In this document: positions 38,261 to 48,148 of the stretch, piece by piece | Layout: each line of letters begins with the position of its first letter | Position numbering within the stretch: the stretch's first letter is position 1 | Assembly (NCBI GenBank): GCA_045863235.1 | Contig: BTUM01000028.1 | Location: 18,117 to 82,116 of the forward strand | DNA from: Candidatus Xenobia bacterium | GTDB taxonomy: Bacteria > Vulcanimicrobiota > Xenobia > Xenobiales > QWHO01 | Direction: 5' to 3' | DNA: 64,000 bases | Notes under the pieces: model-generated | Database searches by the model: none | The model's input: only the letters and a program-made list of their open reading frames with translations | What the model was told of the DNA's origin: nothing | Translations under genes and position numbers: made by a program

Positions 38261-40011
38261 CCGAATCCACGTACATGGTCGGGATCGACCTGGGCACCAC
38301 CAACTCGGCGGTGGCCTTCATCAAGGCCGGCGATCCGCCCGAGAAGGGCGACTTTCCCGTGCAGCAGTTGGTGGGGCCCGGGCAACTGGAGGAGCGGCCC
38401 ACTCTGCCCAGCTTCCTCTACCTGCCCAGCGAGCACGAGTTTCCTCTCGATCAGCTCGAGCTGCCCTGGGATGAGGTGGCCACCTTCGCAGTGGGCGTCT
38501 TCGCCCGCGACGAGGGCGGCAAGGTGCCCCACCGCCTGATCTCCAGCGCCAAGTCGTGGCTCTCGCAAGAGGGCACCGACCGCCGGGCTGCCATCCTGCC
38601 CTGGAAGGCTCCTGAGGACGTGCCCCTGATGTCCCCGGTGCAGGCCTCGGCGAGCTACCTCAAGCACCTGCGCGACGCCTGGCGCTTCTATCATCCCGGC
38701 GAGCCGCTCAAGGAGCAGGAGGTGGTGCTCACGGTGCCCGCCTCCTTCGATGCGGTGGCCCGCGAATTGACCGCTGAGGCGGCCCGCATCGCTGACCTGG
38801 TCAACCTGACGTTGCTCGAGGAGCCGCAGGCCGCGTTTTACGCCTGGCTGGAGGCTACCGGCGACGAGTGGCGCTCGCAGGTGGGGGTGGGCGACCTGAT
38901 CCTGGTGTGCGACATCGGGGGCGGCACCACCGACTTCTCGCTCATCACGGTGGTGGACGCCGAGGGCGACCTGGGCCTGGAGCGCGTGGCGGTGGGCGAC
39001 CACCTGCTGCTCGGGGGCGACAACCTCGACCTGGCCCTGGCTGTGGCCGTGCAGGCCCGCCTGAAGGCGGAAGGCACGAAGATCGATACCTGGCAGTTCC
39101 AGGTGCTGACTCACGCCTGTCGCGCGGCCAAGGAAGCCCTGCTCGGAGCCGATCCCCCCGATGAGGTGGCCATCACCATTCCCGGGCGCGGCAGCAAGCT
39201 GATCGGGGGCTCGGTGCAGACCGCCCTCAAGCTCTCCGACGTCAAGACGCTGCTCGACGGCTTCTTCCCCAAGGTGAAGGCCAACGATCACGCCGAGCGG
39301 CGGCGCTCGCTGGGTCTGACCGAGCTGGGCCTGCCTTACGAGTCCGACCCGGCCATCACCCGTCAGCTGGCCCGTTTCCTGGATGGCCAGAAGCCTACCG
39401 CGGTGCTCTTCAACGGAGGCGTGCTCAAGGCCGACAGTATCCGCCAGCGCATCCTGACCGTGCTCAACTCCTGGCTCAAAGAGCCGGTGCGCGAGCTCGA
39501 GGGGGGCGACCTGGAGCTTTCGGTGGCCCGGGGCGCGGCCCGATTCGCCCTGACCCGTCGCGGCCAGGGCATCCGCATCCGGGGTGGACTTTCGCGCGCG
39601 TACTACATCGGCGTGGAGATCCCCCGGCCGGCCGTGCCGGGAGTGCCGCCGCCCATCAAGGCCGTGTGCGTGGCCCGTAAGGGCATGGAGGAGGGCACCC
39701 GGGTCGAGGTGCCCGTAGCCCGCTTCGGGCTGGTCGTGGGTCAGACGGTGGAGTTCCCCTTCCTGGCCTCGGCCCGCGAGGACGAGGTGGGCGCTCAGCT
39801 CGAGGACTGGGAGGACGAAGGCGTGGAGGAGATCTCCAAGGTCAGCGCCAGCCTCAAGGCCGACGAGCACACCCCCGGCGTGGTGCCAGTGAGCCTTGAG
39901 ACGGTGGCCACCGAGATCGGCACGTTGGAGCTGTGGTGCCACGAGCGCGAGGGCGAGGGGCGCTGGAAGCTCGAGTTCGAGGTGCGCGAAGAAGCGTCGG
40001 CCAGGGCCTGA
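38257..40011 (+). CDS. Hsp70-family protein (non-DnaK)
   Basis: GIDLGTTNS, TVPASF, EEPQAA, DIGGGTTD, LGGDN, FNGG. Confidence 0.9.
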   Translation: MTESTYMVGIDLGTTNSAVAFIKAGDPPEKGDFPVQQLVGPGQLEERPTLPSFLYLPSEHEFPLDQLELPWDEVATFAVGVFARDEGGKVPHRLISSAKSWLSQEGTDRRAAILPWKAPEDVPLMSPVQASASYLKHLRDAWRFYHPGEPLKEQEVVLTVPASFDAVARELTAEAARIADLVNLTLLEEPQAAFYAWLEATGDEWRSQVGVGDLILVCDIGGGTTDFSLITVVDAEGDLGLERVAVGDHLLLGGDNLDLALAVAVQARLKAEGTKIDTWQFQVLTHACRAAKEALLGADPPDEVAITIPGRGSKLIGGSVQTALKLSDVKTLLDGFFPKVKANDHAERRRSLGLTELGLPYESDPAITRQLARFLDGQKPTAVLFNGGVLKADSIRQRILTVLNSWLKEPVRELEGGDLELSVARGAARFALTRRGQGIRIRGGLSRAYYIGVEIPRPAVPGVPPPIKAVCVARKGMEEGTRVEVPVARFGLVVGQTVEFPFLASAREDEVGAQLEDWEDEGVEEISKVSASLKADEHTPGVVPVSLETVATEIGTLELWCHEREGEGRWKLEFEVREEASARA

Positions 40012-40080
40012 GCCTGGTAGAGGCCCCCGGGCGCGGGTTGTCGTATCTACTGGAAGCGACTTTTCGCTCGAGGGGGTTTC

Positions 40081-40968
40081 ATGCGCCTGTCGGTTCTCAC
40101 GCTCACCCTGGCCGCCTCAGTTCAGTTGGCCACAGCTCAGATGCCCGGCGGACCGTGCGGGCCCTGCGCCCCCTGCGGTCCGGCCCCGGCTGGCCCCATG
40201 GGACCTCAGACCATCATCGTGAATCCGGATGGTCCGATGGACCGCGGAATGCTCGACGATTCCTCTGACCCTGACCGGCCTGGCTATCGGGGTCCGGCTC
40301 CCGAGGGTCCCCCGGTCAATCCACTCGACCAGCGGGGCGCTGAGGATGCAACGCTGGGTCAGGTGCTCTCTCAGCTCAATCCCAACGAGCGCCAGCAGCT
40401 CGAGCAGATTCTTCAGAGCTACCAGAACGACATGAACGCCTACATCGCGAGTCATCCTCGGGCCTCCGACGCCATCGGTGTCAATGGGACGATCATGAAC
40501 GTCATCGAGAGCTTTCGAAGCACCACCGGTATTGGCACAAACGAGCGGGGCTGTGACCCGGTCTCCACCGCGGCCGGAAACATGATCGCCCCTCTCACCG
40601 GCCAGCCTGGCTCTTCCTGGCGAGTCCACGAGTATGAGTACGTGCCCAATCCCGACGCCACCGTCTCGGGGCACCTCGGGCGTCTTGTCGTGGCCGTTGG
40701 TGTTCCAGCCGTGGCCGGCAGCCTGGCCACAGGGGGGCCATGGGGTGGAATCGGCGGAGCTGTAGCCGGTGGGGCGGGTTGGGCCATCACCAGCTTCGAG
40801 CACAACATGGTCGTGCTGGTCAACAATCGCGACCCGAACTTGACAGTCGTGCTCGACCCACACGGAGCTCAGAGCGGAAACATCGACTCCGTGCACGGCC
40901 CCGGCCACTATTCAGGGGCCCGGATCGATGCGCAGTACCGCCCTCCGACCAGCACCGCACGCCCGTGA
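40081..40968 (+). CDS. Secreted protein with glycine-zipper hairpin and putative Cys-His-Asp triad
   Basis: Signal peptide; GCD, EHN and VLDP motifs. Confidence 0.6.
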   Translation: MRLSVLTLTLAASVQLATAQMPGGPCGPCAPCGPAPAGPMGPQTIIVNPDGPMDRGMLDDSSDPDRPGYRGPAPEGPPVNPLDQRGAEDATLGQVLSQLNPNERQQLEQILQSYQNDMNAYIASHPRASDAIGVNGTIMNVIESFRSTTGIGTNERGCDPVSTAAGNMIAPLTGQPGSSWRVHEYEYVPNPDATVSGHLGRLVVAVGVPAVAGSLATGGPWGGIGGAVAGGAGWAITSFEHNMVVLVNNRDPNLTVVLDPHGAQSGNIDSVHGPGHYSGARIDAQYRPPTSTARP

Positions 40969-41720
40969 GGCTCCACTTCTGGTTGGGTCTGCTCGCCTGC
41001 GCCCTGCTGGCCGCGGGGCCGGCTCAGAAATTGCAGCTGCGCTGTCGATTGGCTCAGGGCACGGCCTGGATCACCCGGGGCACCATGGTGGTCACCACCT
41101 CGGTCAGTGAAAAGGGTCAGACTGCCAGCAAGGAATCCAGCAGCAACATCGTCTGGCAGGAGAAGGTGGTGGAGTCTGACTCCATCCGCGGCGTCACGAA
41201 GGAGACCACCGTGGTCGAGCCCGAGCCGACCGTGCTCCGGTACCTCATCTCGCCGCGGCTCGAGCAAAGGGTCGTGAAGGTGGGCGAAGAGACCGTGACC
41301 CAGGTGGGCGCCTTGATGGCCCAACCGGCTCTCTTCCCGCTGCAGCCGGTGGCCGTGGGCGACAGCTGGGAGATTCAGGTCTCCGACAAGCTTTTCTTGC
41401 GGGGCGAGAGGGCGGCCGTCCCGGCCGACTTTGCCGTCAAGGGGACCGGCACGCTGCAGAAGATTGAGAACGGCCTGGCCGTTCTGAGCTTCGACCTCGG
41501 CTCGGAGCTGCGCGGTGTGCAGCCCGATGCCGAGGGTGCCTTGACGTACCTGACGACGACGACCATGAAGTGGACGATGGGGGTCGATCCTGCTACTGGC
41601 TTTGTGACCTGGCAGGAGATGCAGTCGACCTCGGATCAGTCGGTGCTACGCTCCACCGTGGCGGTGGGGCCGACCGTCCGCATCCTCACGAGCATGAGCC
41701 TCAAGAGCGAGAAGCTGTAG
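40965..41720 (+). CDS. Secreted beta-rich protein
   Basis: Signal peptide; GTGA overlap; FPLQPVAVGDSW motif. Confidence 0.65.
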   Translation: MRLHFWLGLLACALLAAGPAQKLQLRCRLAQGTAWITRGTMVVTTSVSEKGQTASKESSSNIVWQEKVVESDSIRGVTKETTVVEPEPTVLRYLISPRLEQRVVKVGEETVTQVGALMAQPALFPLQPVAVGDSWEIQVSDKLFLRGERAAVPADFAVKGTGTLQKIENGLAVLSFDLGSELRGVQPDAEGALTYLTTTTMKWTMGVDPATGFVTWQEMQSTSDQSVLRSTVAVGPTVRILTSMSLKSEKL

Positions 41721-41738
41721 TCAATCGCCAAGCCGGCG

Positions 41739-42104
41739 CTATGACTTTTTGGGGGGCATGGTGCCGGAAGCCGTGTAGTTGACCACTGCTTTCGAGGACT
41801 TGCCCATCCCGTAGCTCGCCTGCACGGTCAGCTCGATCGGAGCTCCCTCTTTGAGCTGGTTGGGCAGCGGAACCTGCCAGTTCCCCTTGGAGTCAGCTGT
41901 GGTGGTGGCGCTCAGAGTTCCCGTGACCTCAATCTGGGAGCCGGGAGTCGCCGTCCCCTTCAGGAGGAAGAGCTGGCTCACCTTGGAGCCCAGAGAGGGA
42001 AAGTCGACTTTTACGTTGACGCTTTCTCCCTGGGCGTTCGTTCCTTGGGAGCTGAGAATGAGCACCGACAGTGCGATCAGAATGCTGAGTCCTAAACGTT
42101 TCAT
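41739..42104 (-). CDS. Small secreted Ig-like protein
   Basis: Signal peptide; GTATPGS and ADSKGNW motifs; GGAGG RBS. Confidence 0.7.
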   Translation of the reverse strand: MKRLGLSILIALSVLILSSQGTNAQGESVNVKVDFPSLGSKVSQLFLLKGTATPGSQIEVTGTLSATTTADSKGNWQVPLPNQLKEGAPIELTVQASYGMGKSSKAVVNYTASGTMPPKKS

Positions 42105-42234
42105 GGGGCCTCCCGTTGGTGTCCTTGGTGGCCCTTGCTTTGATTTGAGAGGAGCCACCTCCTGCTCTGGAGGCGCGGCCGGAAAGGCCGTGCCGATCAA
42201 CACGTTGTGCTCGACCGACCGATTGAGCTTGAGC

Positions 42235-43002
42235 TCACTGCGCCGTCCAGCCTCCGTCCACTGAGAGGGCGGCCCCGGTGATGCTGTTTCCACCCGGGCC
42301 GCACAGGAACAACACCAGCTCGGCCAGCTCCTCGGGGCTCACGAAGCGCAGGCTGGGTTGCTTCTCGGCCAGCAGGTCGTGGCGAGCCACCTCTTCGCTG
42401 ACCCCCTCCTCAAGCTGGCGGCGGTCGATCTGGGCCTGCACCAGCGGGGTCAACACCCAGCCCGGGCAGATGGCGTTGCAGGTCACGCCGGTGCGGGCGT
42501 TCTCCAGGGCCACCACTTTGGTCAGTCCCACCAGGCCGTGCTTGGCGGCCACGTAGGCGGCTTTGTTCACCGAGGCCACCTTGCCGTGGGCCGAGGCCAC
42601 GTTGACGATCCGGCCCCAGCCCTTCTCTTTCATGCCGGGCAGCACCATGCGGATGGCGTGGAAGGCGGCCGACAGGTGCAGGGCCAGCAAGTCATCCCAC
42701 TTTTCGGGCGGAAAGTCCTCGACCGGGGCCACGTGCTGCACCCCGGCATTATTGACCAGAATGTCGATCTCGCCCAGATCGCGGCAGGTCTGCTCGATCA
42801 TGGCCTCCACCTCGGCGGGGCGCCGCAGGTCGTGCTGGGAGTACCCGTGGCGCACGCCCAGGGAGGAGAGCTCGGCTTGCAGCTGACTCAGCCCTTCGGG
42901 GTGGATCATCCCGCACAGCATCACGTCGTGACCCCGAAGGGCCAGGGCCTTGAGGATGGACCAGCCGATCCCGCTGGTGGATCCGGTGATGAGTGCGACC
43001 AT
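42235..43002 (-). CDS. bdhA: 3-hydroxybutyrate dehydrogenase (SDR)
   Basis: TGSTSGIG, NNAGVQHVAP, SAHG, AYVAAKHG, CPGWVLTPLV, EKQPS, DGGWTAQ. Confidence 0.92.
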   Translation of the reverse strand: MVALITGSTSGIGWSILKALALRGHDVMLCGMIHPEGLSQLQAELSSLGVRHGYSQHDLRRPAEVEAMIEQTCRDLGEIDILVNNAGVQHVAPVEDFPPEKWDDLLALHLSAAFHAIRMVLPGMKEKGWGRIVNVASAHGKVASVNKAAYVAAKHGLVGLTKVVALENARTGVTCNAICPGWVLTPLVQAQIDRRQLEEGVSEEVARHDLLAEKQPSLRFVSPEELAELVLFLCGPGGNSITGAALSVDGGWTAQ

Positions 43003-43028
43003 GGGTCAGCGGCCTTTGACCTTCTGCT

Positions 43029-43061
43029 TTCACGTTCCTTTCAGCTCCGCCGGGCTAGACT
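43029..43061 (+). promoter_or_regulatory. Direct-repeat box promoter
   Basis: TTCAC-N6-TTCAG-N11-TAGACT-N6-GTG. Confidence 0.65.
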
Positions 43062-43067
43062 CTCATC

Positions 43068-46000
43068 GTGGACATTCAGCGCCTACCGATCTCCTCTGCC
43101 TCGAGTCGCCCCGAGCATCTGGGGGCGGCCCGCGAGCTGGTGGCCCGCGGGCACACCCTGGAGCGCTTCGAGAAGTCGTTCTGGCGAGGCGAGCGCTGGA
43201 CCTCGGCCACCCCCCAGCAGGCCGCCGAGGCGCTGGCCGACCGGTCTCCCGTGCGCCTCAAGACCGACCAGGGCAAGACTCTGACCATCGCCAGCGGAGA
43301 GGACCTGCTCGAAGCCCACGCCCTGTGCGCCAACGGGCCGCTCCAGAGCCTGCCCTCTCCCGCCCTGGCAGCCGGACTCCAGGCTTTGGAGCGGTCCGGC
43401 CGCCTGCTGCGCGAGCAAGAGCCGGTCACCGCCTACGAGGCCTACAACCAGTTGACCGGCGATCCCAACCATCCCGGGAACGGTCTTTTGACGTTCGAGC
43501 AGGGCGGAGTCAGGGTTTCCCTGGCCAGTTCCGAGGTGGTGGCCACCACGGCCTACCTGGCGGCAGACTTCGGCGATGGCAAGGGGGTGCCACCCGAGGC
43601 CGCCCAGCTGGTGGCCTGGAAGAAGGGGGGTTACCAGCTCCCCTCGCTGCTCACCGCTTTTCATCAGGACGCTCCCCTGGAGCTGAGCTACCGCGGCTTG
43701 TCTCTGGCCCGGCTGGCCCGTCAGGACTGGGCCCGCCCCGAGACCAGCGCCACCCTCACGCAACTGCGAGAGCAGGTGGACGCCACCACTCGCGAGCTGG
43801 GCCGGCCGCCTTCCCCCCCGCAGTGGCAGTTGCTGCAGCTCGAGCCGACCAGGCCCTTTCAGGAGAGGCTCGAGCTCTTCAAAGAGCTGCCCGACCCGGA
43901 CCACTATCGCCTGGCACTCTCTCGCGCCGAAGCCGATCAGCCTTTGCTCGAGACTGCCCGCCCGGTGCAGCAGGCCCTGGCGGCGCTGGGGGCTCAGGCT
44001 CCCCTCGAGAGCCTGGAGCAGGCCTTCACCCATCTGGCCGGCTTGCAGGAAGAGGAGCGACCCGCCTATCTCAGTCTGCTGAAGGCCGGTGCCGCTCCCC
44101 CTCTGGCCTTGCACGCCCTGGCCTCGCGCGTGGGCCCGGAGATCGCCGAGCGCTGGCTGCGCGCCCTGCCCGAGCGAGAGTCGGCGGGGCTGCTGGCAGC
44201 CGCCAGCGAGATTCCCGCGGCGGTCGAGGCCGGGCCCTGGCTGGAAGGACAGCTCAACCGGCTTACCCGGGCCGGACTGCAGCCGGCCGAGGGGGCCCAG
44301 CTCTTGATGGTGCTGCTGGGCCGTCGCCAGTATGATCAAGCCGAGGCTCTGCAGGAGAGAGCGGCCGAGCTGCCTCACGCCGAGCTGCTGGCCGCCGCTA
44401 CCGCCGCAGGCCGGCTGTCCAGCGACGGGCCTTTGCTGAGGCTGGCCGCCGGCCAGGAGCAACCGGTGCCGGCCTACCGGACCCTGGCCGCCCAGATCCT
44501 CCCCGAGAACCAGGAGGCATTTCTGCAGTTGCACGAGCAGTGCGGACCGCTGGAGAAGTCGCTGGCGGCCTGGGAGGCCGTCAGCTCCGATCCGGCTCGT
44601 CTGTGCGAGCGCCAGCAAGCCTGGTCGCAGCTCAACCAGGCCGTCAAGTCCGAACAGGCTACCCATATCTTGAGCCAGCTGGGGCCCCAGGCGGACCCGG
44701 TGGCCTCGGTGCGCGACCTGCTGGCCCTGCTGCCGGCCGTGGGAGGGGATCTGGAGCAGGCCCGGGCGGCCTGGGACAAGCTGCAGGGAAACTCGTTCGC
44801 GGCTCAGCTCTTCGGCGTGACTCCCGAGGCCGAGCAAGCCTTGCTGGCGGCTCGCTACGTGGAGCGACGCGACCTGCCCTGCGCTCAACAGCCTCTGGAG
44901 GACCGCCAGCAGGCGTTGCTGGCCCTGGCTCGGGCCCACCGCGGGGATCTCCGCTCGGCCACGCAGGACTACCTGTTCATCGCCTCCGGCCTGGAGGATC
45001 CCGAGGCGCTGCCTCAGGCGGCCCACCTCATGCAGGACCTGATCGCGGCGACCGGCTCGAGCCGAGAGGCCCGGCTGGCTTATGAGCAGCTCTCCCGGCT
45101 CGATCCCGAGCAGGGTCCGGCATTGTACCCGGCTCTGCGGACGGCGCTGGCGTCGGCCGGCAGCGTGACCGAAGCCTGGCCCCTGTGGGAGGGCATCCGC
45201 AAGCTGACTCCCGAGGAAGCCCGCCAGCGCACCGCACCCCTCGACGACCCCGCTTTCAGCGCGCTTCCGGCCCGGGCTCGGGCCACTCTGGCGGCCGGAC
45301 AGCTCAGCGCGCCGCTCGGGCCCCAGGGAATCAAAGCCCTCAAAGAGATGGTTGGCAAGCTCTCGGGCCTGAGCTGGCAGGCCACCGGCTCGTGGGTCCG
45401 CCAGGACGGCTCCTACGTCCTCAGCCGGGCCAGCGCCGGAGGGGACGTGCTGGTTTCCGGTCCTATCGACCTGCCCGCCGACGGTCAGTTCGAAGCCAGG
45501 CTCTTCGCCAGTTGGGCTCTGCCCGAAGGAGCTCGCGTCAACTGGGATGTCAGCGCCGACGATGGCGTGACCTGGAAACCGGTGGTCTATGCCGAGAAGT
45601 CCAACGCCATCAAGGGAGAGCAAGGGTATTCCTTGAACGCCTATGCCGGCAAGAGAGTGCGCTTTCAGATCGCGCTCGCGAACGCGCAACCGGGCGCTGA
45701 AGCTCAATTCAAGCTCGATGGCTTGCGCCTGGATGAGACCAAGGTCCTCTCCCACGAGACCATCGGCACCAGTCAGCTCACCCAGACCGGCTCGCCAGCC
45801 GTCAAGGGGGAGGCGACCTGGACCTCGCCTCTGCTGACCATTCCAAAGGGCGCTGATTCCACGCTTCAGGTGCAGCAGATGACCTACAATCGCTCGCCCT
45901 TCAACGACATCGAGCTTCAGATCCAGGGCTCGAGCGGAGCCTGGGAGCAGGCTTCGTTCTTCTACAGCGACAGCTATGAGTCGTCCACTCGAGCCATCTC

Positions 46001-47009
46001 CCTGGAGAAGTATGCCGGTCAGACCATCCGTTATCGCTATCGCATGAACGTGAGCAAGACCGGGTCGGCCAGTTACGAGCAGCCCCACCTGAGCATCTAC
46101 GATGCCCAGCTGATCCACAAGAAGAAGGATCAGTCCGGGGCCCTGCACGAGGATCTCTTCCATCGCGAGCATCTCGACCCCATGACCGTGGCCCGCCTGG
46201 CGGCTGATCCGGCTGTGGCGGCATCGACTCGCGAGCGCCTGCTGCAGGGCTTGCAGGCTCTGGTCGAGAGTACGGGCCATTCGGGCAAAGCCTGGTCGGC
46301 TCTCGAGAGCTTGCGCTCGCAAGCCGACCAGCCCGATTTCGTGGACCGTTGTCGCGCCTACGGATACCTGATGGGCGGCGAGAAACCCGCCGAGAGGCTG
46401 GAGGAGCTGGTGGCGCACCTTCGTCCGGGCGACCGCCTGGAGGATCTGGCCCGCATCGCCAGCGTGCGCTCCGTGGAGCAACTGCTCGAGCTGCGTCGGC
46501 GTCTGGATGCCGAAGGAGCTCAGTCCGACAGCCTGGGCTTCGTGGCCCGGGCTGCCGGGCGGGGGATCGCTCCGGAATCGGCCTGGTCGGCCGCCGCTCC
46601 CCCCGTGGTCGGGTGCGAGCTGGCTCAGCGTCAGCAGCTGATCGAGAACCTGACGGAGAGTTTCGCGGCCGATGGGATTGGACTTTGGAACGAGCTCACC
46701 GCCTGGCGCGAGCCGGCCGACAACCCGGCCCGGACGGTGCGGGCCCTGACCCAGCTCGGAAAGCTGGTCCAGCCGCCTCAGCTGCTCGAGGCCCTGCAGG
46801 CCCTGCAGAAGGCTCGCCGGGAGGGCCAGACTTCCCGCTCGCTCCACGGCCTGGTAGAGGGGGTGGCCAACAAGATGCTGATGGAGGGTGGTGGCGACCT
46901 GGCGGCAGTGGTCCAGGCCACCCTGCTCGAGCGCGAGTCAGGCAGCCAGATCCTGGAAGAAGCCAACCGGATCATCTTGCCCGGCACCACTGTGGCCCGG
47001 CGCGCCTGA
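43068..47009 (+). CDS. Large helical-repeat protein with two jelly-roll domains and shared C-terminal motif
   Basis: 1313 aa; two SxxxYAGxxxR beta-sandwich units; ends ILEEANRIILPGTTVARRA. Confidence 0.78.
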   Translation: MDIQRLPISSASSRPEHLGAARELVARGHTLERFEKSFWRGERWTSATPQQAAEALADRSPVRLKTDQGKTLTIASGEDLLEAHALCANGPLQSLPSPALAAGLQALERSGRLLREQEPVTAYEAYNQLTGDPNHPGNGLLTFEQGGVRVSLASSEVVATTAYLAADFGDGKGVPPEAAQLVAWKKGGYQLPSLLTAFHQDAPLELSYRGLSLARLARQDWARPETSATLTQLREQVDATTRELGRPPSPPQWQLLQLEPTRPFQERLELFKELPDPDHYRLALSRAEADQPLLETARPVQQALAALGAQAPLESLEQAFTHLAGLQEEERPAYLSLLKAGAAPPLALHALASRVGPEIAERWLRALPERESAGLLAAASEIPAAVEAGPWLEGQLNRLTRAGLQPAEGAQLLMVLLGRRQYDQAEALQERAAELPHAELLAAATAAGRLSSDGPLLRLAAGQEQPVPAYRTLAAQILPENQEAFLQLHEQCGPLEKSLAAWEAVSSDPARLCERQQAWSQLNQAVKSEQATHILSQLGPQADPVASVRDLLALLPAVGGDLEQARAAWDKLQGNSFAAQLFGVTPEAEQALLAARYVERRDLPCAQQPLEDRQQALLALARAHRGDLRSATQDYLFIASGLEDPEALPQAAHLMQDLIAATGSSREARLAYEQLSRLDPEQGPALYPALRTALASAGSVTEAWPLWEGIRKLTPEEARQRTAPLDDPAFSALPARARATLAAGQLSAPLGPQGIKALKEMVGKLSGLSWQATGSWVRQDGSYVLSRASAGGDVLVSGPIDLPADGQFEARLFASWALPEGARVNWDVSADDGVTWKPVVYAEKSNAIKGEQGYSLNAYAGKRVRFQIALANAQPGAEAQFKLDGLRLDETKVLSHETIGTSQLTQTGSPAVKGEATWTSPLLTIPKGADSTLQVQQMTYNRSPFNDIELQIQGSSGAWEQASFFYSDSYESSTRAISLEKYAGQTIRYRYRMNVSKTGSASYEQPHLSIYDAQLIHKKKDQSGALHEDLFHREHLDPMTVARLAADPAVAASTRERLLQGLQALVESTGHSGKAWSALESLRSQADQPDFVDRCRAYGYLMGGEKPAERLEELVAHLRPGDRLEDLARIASVRSVEQLLELRRRLDAEGAQSDSLGFVARAAGRGIAPESAWSAAAPPVVGCELAQRQQLIENLTESFAADGIGLWNELTAWREPADNPARTVRALTQLGKLVQPPQLLEALQALQKARREGQTSRSLHGLVEGVANKMLMEGGGDLAAVVQATLLERESGSQILEEANRIILPGTTVARRA

Positions 47010-47139
47010 GCCCCCCGCAAAGTCATCCCCACCTGTGAAGGGCAGAGCTCGCGGAAGGCGCGGAGAGACCCCATCCGAAGAACGTGTGTGAGAATGCCGG
47101 CGCCCCCCGCCGCGCCAGGAGTGTTCAACGCGCGGCGCC

Positions 47140-48111
47140 TTAAGGCTTGGCGGTGCGGGCCTCGATGGCCGCCTCGCGGGCCCGGGCTTCCTCCGCTCGC
47201 AGGGCCTGACGGCGCTCGTATTCGGCGTCGAACTTGCCCTTCACGATCTCGTGGAAGATCTTCCGGTTGATCCCCTGGTCCTTGAGGAATTGCTCCTCGG
47301 TGATCTGTCCCAGGGCAAAGGCTTTCACGCCCGGGTCCTGCCAGCAATGGGGCTCGCGGCCCGTGGTCTCATAGATCAGCTTCTCCCACTTGCGGAAGAA
47401 GTGGGTTTTCGTCATCAGGGGGTTCCACATCCCGTTCACGATGCAGTAGTTGTCGGCCCAGGGCATCCGGTGATGGATGGCGTGGTCCTCCTTGGATTGG
47501 ATGACGTGCAGTTTCTGCATGAGCTTGGCGATGGCCGGGGGATTCTTCTGGTGGCTCCAGCGATGCGAGCCCTGGGCCACGAAGCCGGCGGCCGAAAATC
47601 CCAGGGTGAAGGCCTGCGCCGCCCAATGGGGCCCGGCGGCAGCGACGGCGGCCATGGGGACCCACATGTACTTCCCCGCGTCGGACATGTTGGTCCAGAC
47701 GGTCTTCTCCTGCAGTTCCTGCATCTTGTGATGGTGGACCTGGAATTCGTAGGCCAGGTCGCCCACGATGGGGGTCTTGTAAGTCGGGTAGTTGTCGATC
47801 CAGTGGTGGAACATGCCGCTGGCCAGGTCGGCGGTCACGTGCCCGGCTGCCATGGCCACCAGCGAGCCGGCGACCACGCCGACCGCGCCCGGAACGCTGC
47901 CGGTGGCGGCGGCCTGAAGCGCGATGTTGGCTCCCAGCCAGAGCCCGGACCCGATCACGGCCCCGCAGGCCAGCTTGTCTTTCAGGGGGGTGGTGTACTC
48001 CCTGGTCACCTTGAGGTCCACCGGATCAGGCGCAGCGGCCTGTGCAGGTTTGTCGGGGGCAGCGCGGCCCGGCAGCCCGGGGCTGAAAGTGGTGAGGGTG
48101 GGGATCATCAT
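47140..48111 (-). CDS. CarF/TMEM189/FAD4-family membrane lipid desaturase
   Basis: DLASGMFHHWIDNY, FQVHHH, SHRWSH, HAIHH, NYCIVNGMWNP; GGAGG RBS. Confidence 0.85.
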   Translation of the reverse strand: MMIPTLTTFSPGLPGRAAPDKPAQAAAPDPVDLKVTREYTTPLKDKLACGAVIGSGLWLGANIALQAAATGSVPGAVGVVAGSLVAMAAGHVTADLASGMFHHWIDNYPTYKTPIVGDLAYEFQVHHHKMQELQEKTVWTNMSDAGKYMWVPMAAVAAAGPHWAAQAFTLGFSAAGFVAQGSHRWSHQKNPPAIAKLMQKLHVIQSKEDHAIHHRMPWADNYCIVNGMWNPLMTKTHFFRKWEKLIYETTGREPHCWQDPGVKAFALGQITEEQFLKDQGINRKIFHEIVKGKFDAEYERRQALRAEEARAREAAIEARTAKP

Positions 48112-48148
48112 CTCGGGGGTCCTCCAGTGGCGATATCTGTGCGCGCTC

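Noticed and set aside
43083..46847. Very long antisense ORFs (e.g. 1254 aa here, 17149-19308, 37975-39942, 11705-13585)
   Set aside because: Shadow frames of real high-GC genes on the opposite strand; no motifs
47050..47100. GGAGAGACC...CCGAAG resembling a glycine riboswitch
   Set aside because: Lies between convergent stop codons and lacks the CTCTCAGG element
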